A stretch of DNA of 48,490 bases. Origin: Kofleriaceae bacterium (GTDB lineage Bacteria > Myxococcota_A > Polyangia > Haliangiales > Haliangiaceae). Position 1 is the first letter of the stretch. Every line of letters begins with the position of its first letter. Both the position numbers and the translations under genes were made by a program. Shown one piece after another: positions 47,757 through 48,490 of the stretch. The notes beneath the pieces were generated by a model, which was not told where the DNA came from, made no database searches, and saw only the letters and a program-made list of their open reading frames with translations. The stretch is taken from contig JBKJLC010000183.1 of NCBI GenBank assembly GCA_046597055.1, positions 1 through 48,490 of the forward strand, written 5' to 3'.

Positions 47757-48490
47757 ATGCCCCGCTCCTGGTTCGCTGCTGCCCTGGTGTTCCTCTCCGT
47801 CGCCGCGCCCTCGCTCGCCGCCGCGCGACCTGCGGGTCCGGTGACCGTCTTTGTCGATCCGCGCGGGGGCGTGATCGAGGGCGGAGACGACGACGCCGCG
47901 ACCGGCGTCTCCTGGATCGCGACCGCCGGGCCCGGCGGCCGCGCCCGCGTGCCAGCCTGGTCGGGCGGCACCCGCCGCTGGGCGCAGGTGGTCGCCTGTG
48001 TCCGCGATCAGTTCCGTGACTTCGCGGTCGACATCGTCGATGCGCCGCCCGCTGGCGACGACCACATCCGCATCATGGTGGGCGGCCGGCCGAGCTTGAT
48101 CAACCAGGGCGATCAGCTGGCGGGCGTCGCGCCGTTCGACGGCCGGGTGCTCCGCGGCGCGATCGGGTTCGTGTTCTCGGCGGCGATCGGCAATGACGTG
48201 AGCGCCACGTGCGAGGCGATCGCGCACGAGATCGGCCACACGCTGGGGCTCGAGCACGCGCTCGCGTGCGCGGACCTGATGTCGTACGACAGCTGCGGCG
48301 AGAAGCGGTTTCGCATGGAGGAAGCCGCATGCGGCGAGGCCGAGGCGCGCGCGTGCGCTGACGGCAGCGAGACGCAGAGCTCGTACCAGACGCTGGCCCG
48401 GCTGGTCGGCCTGCGCGATGCCGATGCCGATGCCGATGCCGATGCCGATGCCGATGCCGATGCCGATGCGGATGCCGATGCCGGTGCCGA
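47757..48490 (+). CDS. secreted metzincin (matrixin-like) metalloprotease, truncated by the window end
   Basis: Absent from the ORF track because it has no stop in the window. GGAGG RBS, ATG 47757, signal peptide MPRSWFAAALVFLSVAAPSLA, HEIGHTLGLEH and Met-turn DLMSY. Confidence 0.85.
   Translation, partial: MPRSWFAAALVFLSVAAPSLAAARPAGPVTVFVDPRGGVIEGGDDDAATGVSWIATAGPGGRARVPAWSGGTRRWAQVVACVRDQFRDFAVDIVDAPPAGDDHIRIMVGGRPSLINQGDQLAGVAPFDGRVLRGAIGFVFSAAIGNDVSATCEAIAHEIGHTLGLEHALACADLMSYDSCGEKRFRMEEAACGEAEARACADGSETQSSYQTLARLVGLRDADADADADADADADADADADAGA
48417..48490 (+). repeat. (GATGCC)n tandem repeat encoding poly(Asp-Ala)
   Basis: About 12 units read directly (one GATGCG, one GGTGCC), in frame with the protease and running to the window end. 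Confidence 0.95.

Overview
Very GC-rich bacterial DNA, most likely from a myxobacterium (Myxococcota). The basis is a TIGR02266-type PilZ protein, an AgmX/GltJ-type C-terminal domain lipoprotein, a MYXO-CTERM-like sorting signal, a Zn-knuckle Ser/Thr kinase and an FHA-GGDEF protein. The left edge holds the promoter(s), boxA and structured leader of an rRNA operon transcribed leftward out of the window. The right edge ends inside a (GATGCC)n repeat in a metalloprotease gene, so the window may be a whole contig. About 40 densely packed genes lie between. Housekeeping genes include pssA, thrB, mutL-miaA-accA, pgi, gltA-apaG, ppx/gppA and an ABC-F ATPase. There is also a MacAB-type exporter, two sigma factors and many envelope proteins. 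No CRISPR array, tRNA, integrase, transposase or reverse transcriptase was recognised. The most notable observations are three: (1) an orphan protein made of two tandem phage/eCIS tail-tube (gp19-like) domains, with a small downstream ORF and no sheath or baseplate genes; (2) a divergent locus joining an Omp85-like barrel, a membrane Ser/Thr kinase-FGE, a 951-aa Cys-paired Sel1-like protein with a MYXO-CTERM-like tail, and a metzincin; (3) a window-wide pattern of -10-like boxes 6-11 nt upstream of start codons, suggesting frequent leaderless or near-leaderless mRNAs. All functional calls come from reading motifs by eye; no database searches were run. Several start codons were re-chosen relative to the supplied ORF track.
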